DNA from: a virus
Direction: 5' to 3' (one strand)
Virus record (IMG/VR): IMGVR_UViG_3300043548_000722
Location: 1-64,000 of that record
DNA length: 64,000 nt
Shown: piece after piece, positions 27,801 through 35,842 of the stretch
How positions within the stretch are numbered: position 1 is the first letter of the stretch
Layout: each line of letters opens with the position of its first letter
The notes under the pieces: generated by a model
Seen by the model: only the letters and a program-made list of their open reading frames with translations
The model's database searches: none
What the model was told of the DNA's origin: nothing
Translations under genes and position numbers: made by a program

Positions 27801-30800
27801 ACGTCCAGGTCGCGAAGCTTTTCTTCGAGAACTGCGAAGCCTGACTTTTGGCCGACGGAGCCGGACTCTGTCAGCAACTTTTGAAACTCCCCGTCTGGCA
27901 TTTTCAGGAGTAGACGGATGGGCTCTTCAAACACAGGGTTGGGGATCCGAACCCCAAGATCCATATGTGTCCACTTCGTACCTTCCAGGCCTCCCGTCTT
28001 AACCTTGTCAAATAGGCCACCCTTTTCTTCTTTGGTGAGAGAGCCTTTGGCAGCAAGCGTTTTCTCAGGGAATGCCAGCGCACCCGAACTTTGAGCAAGC
28101 GTCTGCTTATCCGTCATGGGCATGAGAGAGTACTCTCTACCCTTGCGCTCAGTGTAGACGCCCATCGCGCGCAAGTAGTGAGTAAACTGCTCCATCGAAC
28201 GAGGAACCTTCGGAGGGGGCGGACGCTCTCCGCGCATGATGCGGGTCCAGACATCCTCTGCCTGCTCCCGGTCAGACTTGTAGGTCTGCATTTCTCGAAG
28301 GTTGTTTTTTGCACCATAGGCAAGGAGGGTGTACGAATCGAGGCCTCCGATTCTCTGGCCTCCCTCTCCAATGCCCGAACCCTGTGACGCCTCTCCCGTG
28401 GTCTTGTACGCGTAGCCGAAACCACCGGCACGGGCCGAGATCTTTTTCTCCGCCTGGTGATCCAGCTTCAAGATGTACTGGTTGCCTACGAGAACGTTTC
28501 CGAGGTTCTCGCCCGTCTCAGGATCGAATAGCTCCTCCGTATCCGAGACACTGTGTTTCTGCATCAAGTCCTTGACCATCGCAGAGTAGTCTGTAGAGGC
28601 ATCAAAGTTGTTGACGACGAAGGGCTTACCCGTCTTTAGGGCCACCTTACCCGCCACGCTCTCGAGAACCTGTCCAGGATTCATACGCGAGGGAATGCCT
28701 GCGGGAGACAACAAGACCTGGACGTGGTTGCCGTCCTTATCTTTCGGCATCTGGTCGTCGGGCAGGATCTTGGTCACGATCCCTTTGTTTCCATGACGGC
28801 CGGAGAGCTTGTCTCCGACCTCCATTGTCTGTTCAGTACGGATGTAGACCATGATCCGCCGACCGTTGTTGACCACCCGCGCAACTGTCCCATTGTACTC
28901 GTGATCCCACTTCACAGACGCGTCGGAGTAGTCCTGAATCGCGCCCTTCAAGCGACGACGGATGTCCTCCGTGTCTTTGGATATTGCCATCTTCTGAAGT
29001 TTTGCAATCAAAACATCCCCAGGCTCGACCTTCTGGCCGACCTGGATAAGTCCATTGTCATCGAGCTTCTGAAGAATCTCAGGCGTCGCCTTTACGGGTC
29101 CAGCATACTGGCGCCAGAGTTTCTTGTTGACGACGATGTTCGGGTGCATCTCCGCTTCAGCAACGTGAAGATGGCTCGACACAAGCTTCTCGGCGGCGGA
29201 CTCCGAGATGACAATGCCGTCCTCGAAGTTGTACCCACGATACGGAATGTATGCGACTCGCAGGTTTGTTCCGAGAGACAGCTTTCCCTGCTTCGTAAAG
29301 TTTGAGTCGGCGAGAAGCTGGCCTTGGCGAACTTTATCGCCCACAGCAACCACCGGATCGGAGTGAAGCATGTGCTTCGCGCCATTGAGCGGGAAGTTGT
29401 TGTAGATGGCGTGGGTGTACTTCTTACCGTCTGTACCCAAAACAATAATACGGTCTTTTTTAACCTCAGTGACATTACCATCCGCATCAGACAGGACGGC
29501 TGCGGTGGCTCCAACAATGTCCTCGTACGTTGATCCCGCAGATGCCTGTGTCTGGACCAGCGGGGCCTCACGGTTTCTCAAGCCAACAGCCTGCTCTTGG
29601 TGCTTAGCGGCCATCATGGCGCGGTTGCCATTGTCGTTTTGTACAAACGGAATCAGGTTTGCACTGGCTGCGAAGAGGAGCTTTGCGGATGGAAGGATGT
29701 AGTCAACATCCTTCCATGCCCGCTTCGTTGTGTTCCTGTCCTTGTCATATACAACGACAAACTCAGAGAGTGGCGTGACCTTAGCCGTTCCATCTGGCTT
29801 CTTCTCGACCTTGGCCTGGTCAGGATACGCGACAACCGCCCGCTCCAGATCGGCGGCACTCTTTCGTTCAATCTTTCCAGTGCGGACATTTACGACCTGC
29901 GCCATCAGGTCGTGCCCAAATTTCTGAGCACCCAGCGGAACGTGGAGGATGATTCCAGTGTGCGAACTTTCCGGGGTCTGAAGTGGGTCAAGCATCCCGA
30001 GATGGCTGGGATTGATCAGCTTATCCTGCATCAGGTTGACGTTGTCTCCCTTGATGCCTCCAAACTCTGCGCCCAAGATGGTTGTGCGCGTATGATTGGA
30101 AAGGAACTGGAGAGGATTTGTCTGCGTTGGAAGCTGACCGGCTTTAAAGGGTTTAATGATCGCGGCGCCATACCCAGACACAGATGCGGGAATAATGTCC
30201 TGGATTCTATCCTTGCGATCGACATTGTTACGGATCTTGCGCGTGAGCGCATAGATCGTCTTGCCCTTTGTCAGTTCTTCATAGACGAAGTCCTCTGCCC
30301 CAAAAAGTCTTTTGTTTGTGAGAGACTGACGGTCATCCTCGGGAACATCTCCACGGCTGATGTCCACCAGTTTCTTTGCCGAAAGTAGCAGGGCTTCGCC
30401 CGTGATCGACGAGAACTCCTTGCCGAAGGCAGACTTCATTGTCTGTGGGCTGACCTCAGCAGACTCAAATGTCTCCTTTACATAGGCTGCCGCAGCTGAC
30501 ACTTCCGGAGGCTTGTAGTCCGGTCCCGCGCGCCGACCCTCAACCGCCTTGTGGAAGGAAAGCAACGCCTTCGAGCTACCCTTGGCCTCGTTGACGGCAA
30601 AAATCTTTTCCCCGAGCGCGCTCTTCATCTGCCCGTCGCTAACGCCCATCGCTACCAGGATTGGGTAGATCGGCACCTCCACCGACGATGTCGCGCTGCT
30701 CTTGATCGTCATCGTGATCAAGCCGAGCTTCTTAGGATCTTTACGTTCAATGTAAAGATCGAAGGAACCAACCTTGCTGCCTGCGGCGACGTTCCATTTT

Positions 30801-31216
30801 GCGAGCAGATCACCGTTCTGCGCTTCCGCGTGGTACGCGCCGGGATTGAGCCGGAACACGCTGTCCAGCTGCATCTCGTTCCCTCCGACGATGTAGCTGT
30901 AGCGCGTGGTGATTTTAGGAATCTTTGCGAGCGTACGAGATCTCTGATCCAGCACCTTCCCAGTTGCCTTATCAATCAGACGAAAGTTTCCGACAAGCTC
31001 TGGGCCCCAGGTCTGATCGTTCATCTTGGCTTCGAGCTGACTGTTGTAGTTGCTGGGATTGAATTGGGCCGACCCGGTCGCGTCGTCATCCTCAACTTCC
31101 AGCTTTACCAGCTCGAGACGATGCTTACTTCCCTCGATAGGAAAGTGAGAAGAAATCGCCTCTTTTGTCTTCTGAACCAGAAGATTGTAGCTTTCGGTCG
31201 GGTTCAGATTGGACAT
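24866..31216 (-). CDS. rpoBC: DNA-directed RNA polymerase, fused beta-beta' single polypeptide
   Basis: Beta motifs QTPES, LIPF..NDNGNRAMM, GYNFEDGI, GDKLSGRHGNKG, PSRMNPGQ. Beta' motifs LGKRQDLSGRSVI, catalytic NADFDGD (26996..27016), bridge helix HGARKG, ICATCYG, trigger loop GEPITQMQMRTFHTGG. Confidence 0.97.
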   Translation of the reverse strand: MSNLNPTESYNLLVQKTKEAISSHFPIEGSKHRLELVKLEVEDDDATGSAQFNPSNYNSQLEAKMNDQTWGPELVGNFRLIDKATGKVLDQRSRTLAKIPKITTRYSYIVGGNEMQLDSVFRLNPGAYHAEAQNGDLLAKWNVAAGSKVGSFDLYIERKDPKKLGLITMTIKSSATSSVEVPIYPILVAMGVSDGQMKSALGEKIFAVNEAKGSSKALLSFHKAVEGRRAGPDYKPPEVSAAAAYVKETFESAEVSPQTMKSAFGKEFSSITGEALLLSAKKLVDISRGDVPEDDRQSLTNKRLFGAEDFVYEELTKGKTIYALTRKIRNNVDRKDRIQDIIPASVSGYGAAIIKPFKAGQLPTQTNPLQFLSNHTRTTILGAEFGGIKGDNVNLMQDKLINPSHLGMLDPLQTPESSHTGIILHVPLGAQKFGHDLMAQVVNVRTGKIERKSAADLERAVVAYPDQAKVEKKPDGTAKVTPLSEFVVVYDKDRNTTKRAWKDVDYILPSAKLLFAASANLIPFVQNDNGNRAMMAAKHQEQAVGLRNREAPLVQTQASAGSTYEDIVGATAAVLSDADGNVTEVKKDRIIVLGTDGKKYTHAIYNNFPLNGAKHMLHSDPVVAVGDKVRQGQLLADSNFTKQGKLSLGTNLRVAYIPYRGYNFEDGIVISESAAEKLVSSHLHVAEAEMHPNIVVNKKLWRQYAGPVKATPEILQKLDDNGLIQVGQKVEPGDVLIAKLQKMAISKDTEDIRRRLKGAIQDYSDASVKWDHEYNGTVARVVNNGRRIMVYIRTEQTMEVGDKLSGRHGNKGIVTKILPDDQMPKDKDGNHVQVLLSPAGIPSRMNPGQVLESVAGKVALKTGKPFVVNNFDASTDYSAMVKDLMQKHSVSDTEELFDPETGENLGNVLVGNQYILKLDHQAEKKISARAGGFGYAYKTTGEASQGSGIGEGGQRIGGLDSYTLLAYGAKNNLREMQTYKSDREQAEDVWTRIMRGERPPPPKVPRSMEQFTHYLRAMGVYTERKGREYSLMPMTDKQTLAQSSGALAFPEKTLAAKGSLTKEEKGGLFDKVKTGGLEGTKWTHMDLGVRIPNPVFEEPIRLLLKMPDGEFQKLLTESGSVGQKSGFAVLEEKLRDLDVDTELKAAEKKLQTATENELNVAYKRVRYLRALKELDIKPVDAYTNRVLPVLPPTLRRVSIGFDGTQIIDPANKMYAIIGQMTRQLEQAEKEKMPVGEIQRIQAEIYNTTKALRVTGMQMEGKQVPSLMDKLTGNQPKQSFFQTGVLGKRQDLSGRSVITPDPEMPLDEVGVPREMAMEMYKPFVIKELWRNMGRATSPGEARMMIKKNHPAANEALERVVRDRPALMKRDPSLHMFSLMAFRPRLIEGKSIKIHPLVTGGFNADFDGDTMALYVPITEGAVQEAKNMMPSKNLFSPTSGGLMVTPSQDSVLGIFQATEWGKPVPGQFTEDQAIQAVRAGKLKVYNVIKVTGHSKPTTAGRLMINRTLPAQFRGDEELLYDSSFRMAKGKMKKFATKIARATPEEFAKMIDEWKALGFNLAFKNGSSVKLNDFHDGYKLRDEILAKYKKEEEAVLKGAGSKAAKDEKIISIYEKARKELKEAGEARYNSRLDNGMWDWARSGAKGDWNQFGQMVMGPLLVQDPLNRTVPFAITKSFGEGLPVSQYYASLHGARKGTIDRASATAKPGALTKELINTVIDNTIKSKDCGTVRGALLSSMEADIEGRFLAGEVPLKGGETIPKGTLITPQLRSKIKNDGPKKILVRSPLYCNEVKGICATCYGLSERGSLYPVGTNVGIIAGHALGEPITQMQMRTFHTGGVGGTSGVGDYFTAAENLFKVPAKLKGEATLSTVSGKVEKIESDALGGKTVTIAGKVHTVPFTNPLLPNIRVGVEVDKAEALSEGRKNPHHVLDITKSMSAVRMHLADSLNELYVETTGNERRRNIETVIRAMTDLTRVDDPGDDHAYLRGQLVPLSEIERKNKELRAMNKREIKHSPQLKPLDKMPLAGQEDWMARLNFQRLQETYTEGAAQNWKSDIHGHPIPGIAHGAEFGLEPPGSTKLPNAPGVPDRMTNIPKPGQVPTPAPQAPQKSPGFFSFL

Positions 31217-31236
31217 TAAAAATATCTCCAGTGCAG

Positions 31237-31244
31237 GTCATAAG
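31237..31244 (+). promoter_or_regulatory. GTCATAAG candidate promoter element
   Basis: AAAA-N14-GTCATAAG followed by hairpin GCCGGAG-TATAG-CCCCGGC and SD AAGGAG; divergent from the RNAP gene. Confidence 0.5.
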
Positions 31245-31282
31245 TATAACAGCCGGAGTATAGCCCCGGCAAAGGAGAGTAG

Positions 31283-31357
31283 ATGAGCGAGCCCGACGAT
31301 ACTGAGGAAGGGAAGGCCAACCCCTGGAAGAAAACGGACGAGTTCGGAGACTGGTAA
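31283..31357 (+). CDS. small ORF, 24 aa (MSEPDDTEEGKANPWKKTDEFGDW)
   Basis: Strong SD AAGGAG; TAATG-coupled to the next small ORF; below the track cutoff. Confidence 0.45.
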   Translation: MSEPDDTEEGKANPWKKTDEFGDW

Positions 31358-31446
31358 TGCTTTCAATACTGTTTGTTGCCGCCGCAATCGCGGCGGCTTT
31401 GAAGACGGCGGGGCAGGTGATTGCCTCTGAGATTGGTGACAAGTAA
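31357..31446 (+). CDS. small hydrophobic ORF, 29 aa (MLSILFVAAAIAAALKTAGQVIASEIGDK)
   Basis: TAATG coupling; single hydrophobic helix. Confidence 0.4.
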   Translation: MLSILFVAAAIAAALKTAGQVIASEIGDK

Positions 31447-31457
31447 GACCGCGGGGC

Positions 31458-31492
31458 GCCTCCGATCTCGGCTCAACGCCGAGATCGGGGGC
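31458..31492 (+). promoter_or_regulatory. 15-bp hairpin occluding the RBS of ORF 31493
   Basis: GCCTCCGATCTCGGC-TCAAC-GCCGAGATCGGGGGC immediately followed by ATG. Confidence 0.65.
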
Positions 31493-31741
31493 ATGCCCTC
31501 GCGTCCACACAGAAGCGACCTTCTTTTTAAGACCGAGGAGGAAGACACCATTCAGGTCTACTGCCCCCTCATCGAAGAGAAGTGTGGACTTCTGGAGTGT
31601 GGCGGATGCCCCGCGATTGGGCCAAGAGTCTGGCTCTGTTCTGCCTGCGTTCGAGTATACCCAGCAGAACCGTTCTGGACGTCGGGCCACTGTGCCGACT
31701 GTGGAGATTACTCTAGCTTCCTCGCGCCGGTGAAGAGATGA
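31493..31741 (+). CDS. small Cys-rich (Zn-finger) protein
   Basis: CPL...C...CGGC...CSAC...CADC; start reassigned from 31421. Confidence 0.55.
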   Translation: MPSRPHRSDLLFKTEEEDTIQVYCPLIEEKCGLLECGGCPAIGPRVWLCSACVRVYPAEPFWTSGHCADCGDYSSFLAPVKR

Positions 31742-31992
31742 TTCCGTTTCGATGCGACTGGTGCGACGCGACTGCCACGACAGATGACCGCATGGTCAGC
31801 CTGGCGCGGCATCGTGTTGTACGTCGTCCCCGCAAGTGGGACATTGAGGACGAAACCTTCTCAACCTTCGGAAGCGAGGCGATGTTCCACGAAAAGTGCT
31901 TCGTGGACAACGCGCGAGAAATTCTTGACGGTCTATACAGTGGTATCCAGATCGACCAGCCCAGGAAGAGACCGGCCGATCTCACTCGCTGA
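31738..31992 (+). CDS. small Zn-finger protein
   Basis: CDWC...HEKC; overlaps the upstream stop (ATGA). Confidence 0.55.
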   Translation: MIPFRCDWCDATATTDDRMVSLARHRVVRRPRKWDIEDETFSTFGSEAMFHEKCFVDNAREILDGLYSGIQIDQPRKRPADLTR

Positions 31993-31994
31993 GG

Positions 31995-34031
31995 TCAGCC
32001 GATTGCTCTTCCTGGGTCAGCCTGTGGCGTTCCGTTAGGTGCCGGATTTTGCTGCGCGTTGAGAGGATCGATCTGCGAGCCGCGGTCATTCATTAGTTGG
32101 ATAACCAGCTGATACAACGGAGGATTCTCCATCTGCATTTGCTGAAGAGCTTGATACATGGCTTCTTCGCCCTGTTCTTTTTTTAGCATGCGTAAGAACG
32201 ATGCTGCGCGCTGCGCGATGTACCGCAGGTCCACACCCCCTGACCCAGGCTGGATTGGTGACTGGGCAGACGCCATAGCGGCGGGCATTCCATCCTGATT
32301 CGGAGTGGCCGCATTCTCATCGTAGGCGGTAGCTCCTTCTGGAAGCCCAGGAGTTTGCTGAGCCTGATCTCCAGCGGGTCCCTGCTGAGCGGCCGGGTCT
32401 TGCGGCATTGCGCCCTGCGCTTGCTGCTGTGCGGCAGCCTGCTGCGCTGCCTGCTGCATCTCCATTTGTACCTGGCCCTGTGCGCGCATGGTCAGGGCCT
32501 GCGCCTTGGCTTGGTAGCGTGAGGTCCGAAGCTGGGCTTCTCCCTGAATATCTGCCGAAGCGACCTGCATGCGGCGATTGGACTGAAGCTGCTTCTTGAT
32601 CTCTTCGCGCATGCGCTCCGACTCGAGATCGAAATCCTCCCCAAGTTCTTCCATGAGGCGATGATCGCTGATCTTCTGAGCCTGGTTGAGTTGGAGGTAG
32701 AACATGCTTCTTTGCAAGTCATCAGCCATACGGAACTTGTCGAATCTCGACGAGACCTTGGGCCACTCCATGAAGGAGGCAATCTTACCCATGATGAAGA
32801 CGTTGATCAGCTCGTGGCGCTGCTTGTTGTACCCCAGGAACATGTTTTCCAGTGCCCGGAGCGAGGTACTCGATCCAGACCACTGGAGTCCTCCGAAGAT
32901 GAACTCCACAGGAATGCCGGCGCCAGCAAGCATCTGCTCAGCCAGAAGACGCATCTCTTGGTACATCAACAGGGCGCGACCTTGTCCACCGATCTGCTGG
33001 AATCCGATGTTGACAGGAAGGACCGGGATGTAGTTGTGATCCCGCTTCCACATGTTGATTTCTTCATCTACCCGACGTTTCCAGTTCGTCAGGTTGTAGG
33101 CCCCGTAGGGCCCCTCGTTGCCTCCAGTGTTCTGGCCCGGGAAGATCATCCGCATGGGAACGATGTTCTCCATGAGGATTGCCTCGTTGGCCTTCTTCAT
33201 GACCTGGAGGTAGAACGCATCCTTCAGAAGCGGGAAGATCAGGGGCGTGCCCCAGCCTTGATCCTTCTGGGCGATCGTCGGTCGCTTCAGATGGTAGAGG
33301 TTGTCCTCCGAAAAGAGGAGTGACTTGTTCGCGCGGGCGGCTTCAAGGAACTCGAGGGGAAGCGACTCAATCTCGTCGCAGTCTCCAAGTTTGATGTCGT
33401 TGATCACGCTCTTGGGTAGGCGGAAGTAGTACTTGGTCTTTCCAGTAATCTCGTTGTGCTTGATGTCGATGTTCTCTGGATTCCACCGAACCAGGCGAAT
33501 CTGGCGGAAGCTCCGAACGTAGACATCGTGCTGCTTCGCGTAGCCCTCGTGGCCACAGTCGCACTTGTGAAGGTAGAAACGAGAGTCACGCCACTTGTAG
33601 CGGAATCTGTTGGTCTTGGCACGGTAGCGTGCGCCGCAGGAAGCACAGATGAGGTACTTCTCGAACGGCAGGAACACCGAGACAAAGGCGTTTCCGTATA
33701 CGAAGTAGTCGAGCCCGACCTCGACCTGAAATGAGCGCAGCTTGAGGTGATCCTCTACCTTCTTATAAAGCTTCATCACCTCCGGGTCGTCTGTCTCAAA
33801 AATAAGAGGGGTGACCGGGTACTCTGCCATTTTGGAGCACGCGGCGTTGATCACCGGATTTGTCAAGAAGTAATACCGGCACCACTTGTGTAGTTCGTGC
33901 TGATTAGATGGAAGGAACTGCTGAGAGATGTCAAAGAACGGCGACGGATAGCGAATGCCGAATCCTCGGCCACCCTCAGTGGTGACTGGCCTCGGATTAA
34001 AACGGTTTACTTCGCTGGTAATGACGTTCAT
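31995..34031 (-). CDS. portal protein with Zn-ribbon insert and Gln/Ala-rich C-terminal extension
   Basis: YFLTNPVINAACSKMAEYP, DYFVYGNAFV, RWNPENI, LYHLKR...GWGTPL and AGIPVEFI are portal-like motifs. Confidence 0.85.
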   Translation of the reverse strand: MNVITSEVNRFNPRPVTTEGGRGFGIRYPSPFFDISQQFLPSNQHELHKWCRYYFLTNPVINAACSKMAEYPVTPLIFETDDPEVMKLYKKVEDHLKLRSFQVEVGLDYFVYGNAFVSVFLPFEKYLICASCGARYRAKTNRFRYKWRDSRFYLHKCDCGHEGYAKQHDVYVRSFRQIRLVRWNPENIDIKHNEITGKTKYYFRLPKSVINDIKLGDCDEIESLPLEFLEAARANKSLLFSEDNLYHLKRPTIAQKDQGWGTPLIFPLLKDAFYLQVMKKANEAILMENIVPMRMIFPGQNTGGNEGPYGAYNLTNWKRRVDEEINMWKRDHNYIPVLPVNIGFQQIGGQGRALLMYQEMRLLAEQMLAGAGIPVEFIFGGLQWSGSSTSLRALENMFLGYNKQRHELINVFIMGKIASFMEWPKVSSRFDKFRMADDLQRSMFYLQLNQAQKISDHRLMEELGEDFDLESERMREEIKKQLQSNRRMQVASADIQGEAQLRTSRYQAKAQALTMRAQGQVQMEMQQAAQQAAAQQQAQGAMPQDPAAQQGPAGDQAQQTPGLPEGATAYDENAATPNQDGMPAAMASAQSPIQPGSGGVDLRYIAQRAASFLRMLKKEQGEEAMYQALQQMQMENPPLYQLVIQLMNDRGSQIDPLNAQQNPAPNGTPQADPGRAIG

Positions 34032-35050
34032 GACTGCTCATCCTTTCCCTGACCGAATGCTCTGTCTAAGACAGAGCCAGCAGATCCTGTAACGTCAGAA
34101 GCCAGTCCTTCAAATGGAACTGCTGCCATCCCTACCGCTGACGGAACGATCAGTTTCTGGCTTAGGAAAGACCTCTTTCCGCCTGTGATCAAGTTAGATT
34201 TACCTAATCCTAAGTTTCTACCGGTAAATAGATGAGCCGTTCCAGCGGTGATACCCGCAGCAGTTAGGCCACGAGCGAGCCTCTCCGCAACACCACGCTC
34301 ATTGCCCTCATCGTCGGTGGAGGGGAGCGCGTTGGCGACACCAGTGACTCCCACCTGGCCGACCTCAATCGCCCGCTCGCCTGGCATATACGTGGAGATG
34401 CCCCCGCGTAATTTTACGTTCTGTGCGCCAGCTTCTTGGCCGATCTGCCGATACGCGTCAAGCAACTCTTCCTCTGGAATCATTTCTCCCGCGCGCTGGC
34501 GATCCATGATGCTTGTAATTTTAGATCTTAAGTTGTCGCTAGCGTTAAACTTCGGATCTTTGTTAAAAAATCCAGTCAGCCCACCAGAGGACCTTTCGCC
34601 TGCGCTTGCCCATCCTCCCTTGCGGGCTGCTCCAGCCGTATCTGATAACGCGTCAAACTGTGTTGCAGTGCCATCAAGCGCGTTTTCAAAGGCCTCATTC
34701 ATAAGCTCCACGCGTTTAGACCTAGCAGCCCCCTGAGTAAACTCGTCGGCATTATTTCCTGCGAAGCTGGCTCCGCTTGACAGCCCGCGCTTAATACTTT
34801 GAACGGGCTTAGTCGCTACTTCCTTAGCTGCCGTAAAGAGCTTACCGGCCCCGCTAGGATTACGAAGTAGGGCCGCACCAGCTACCAAACCTCCGATTGC
34901 GGGGAGAACCACGCCCGGACCCGTGAAGTTTCTTTGTATGATATTTTTTTTCTTTGGCTCCTGTGCCTCTGGCGCAGAGGGGGTAGCCGAAGAAATCCCA
35001 GCTTGTTTTTGCAACTCAAGTGAGAACGAGTAAAGAACGCTTTTATTCAT
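34028..35050 (-). CDS. ELQKQA-leader glycine-zipper membrane-type protein
   Basis: YSFSLELQKQA leader, several Gly-rich hydrophobic segments, lower-GC codons. Confidence 0.65.
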   Translation of the reverse strand: MNKSVLYSFSLELQKQAGISSATPSAPEAQEPKKKNIIQRNFTGPGVVLPAIGGLVAGAALLRNPSGAGKLFTAAKEVATKPVQSIKRGLSSGASFAGNNADEFTQGAARSKRVELMNEAFENALDGTATQFDALSDTAGAARKGGWASAGERSSGGLTGFFNKDPKFNASDNLRSKITSIMDRQRAGEMIPEEELLDAYRQIGQEAGAQNVKLRGGISTYMPGERAIEVGQVGVTGVANALPSTDDEGNERGVAERLARGLTAAGITAGTAHLFTGRNLGLGKSNLITGGKRSFLSQKLIVPSAVGMAAVPFEGLASDVTGSAGSVLDRAFGQGKDEQS

Positions 35051-35053
35051 AGT

Positions 35054-35842
35054 TCACCTCAGCTCGGCAGTGTAGCGGAAGAGGGCATCGACGGCCTCAT
35101 ATAGTTTTACCGCGCATATATCATCAGCAGTTTCTAGAAGGGTCGGGTTCTTTTTACTTAGAAGAGCGACCAGGGTCCTCTGCACGCCCGCAGTTGGAAG
35201 CTTAGTGACAATCTTTACCTTAGACCCATTAAACTTCTTTCGAAGCCCCTCGTCTGGCTCCATCTTCAATAGACTGTCCGTGTTGTATCGGTCTGTGCAG
35301 TAGCTACAGAGGCCATCCTCTTTTGGCTCCTCTTCATTTCCGCACTCTCCGCAGACCTGTGTGGTCTTCGAGATCAGAGGATTTAAAAACTCCAGTGGCT
35401 CCGGTACGTACCAGATTCCCGACTCATGGAGCTGCGCGGCCATATACCGCCGGACCTCCTCCGCAAATAATGGAATGTCTCCGAGGGTCCCTAAGTCCAA
35501 TCGGATTCTGTTAGCCGCATCTACGGCCAACATAAGGTCAGAGACTGACTGGTTATCAATATGTGAAACAGATGGGATCTTACCCACAAGGGCCTGAGAG
35601 ACTGTGTGGAACGTTTCCCAGCTCTTCCAAAACATGTCGTGGTTGGCAACCGAAATGGCCGCCAGTAGCTTCATGAGCACGACACGGGGGATGTTGAGTT
35701 TCAGGCGATCCTCAACAGACCTTTTAACGACAAAAGGTTCCCACTCCAACGCTCTTGGGCCGAAGAGAGAAAGGTAGCCACGAAGCAAGGAGAGAGGATG
35801 ACTCTTCTCGTCCTTGAATACCTGGATATCAGTACCCACCAT
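35054..35842 (-). CDS. hypothetical protein with Zn ribbon
   Basis: 262 aa; CGECG...CSYC. Confidence 0.65.
   Translation of the reverse strand: MVGTDIQVFKDEKSHPLSLLRGYLSLFGPRALEWEPFVVKRSVEDRLKLNIPRVVLMKLLAAISVANHDMFWKSWETFHTVSQALVGKIPSVSHIDNQSVSDLMLAVDAANRIRLDLGTLGDIPLFAEEVRRYMAAQLHESGIWYVPEPLEFLNPLISKTTQVCGECGNEEEPKEDGLCSYCTDRYNTDSLLKMEPDEGLRKKFNGSKVKIVTKLPTAGVQRTLVALLSKKNPTLLETADDICAVKLYEAVDALFRYTAELR

Noticed and set aside
24866-31216. Host chromosomal rpoBC locus, or an intein-inflated gene
   Set aside because: No ribosomal protein neighbours, flanked by phage structural genes, shorter than cellular beta plus beta', and no intein or homing-endonuclease motifs seen.
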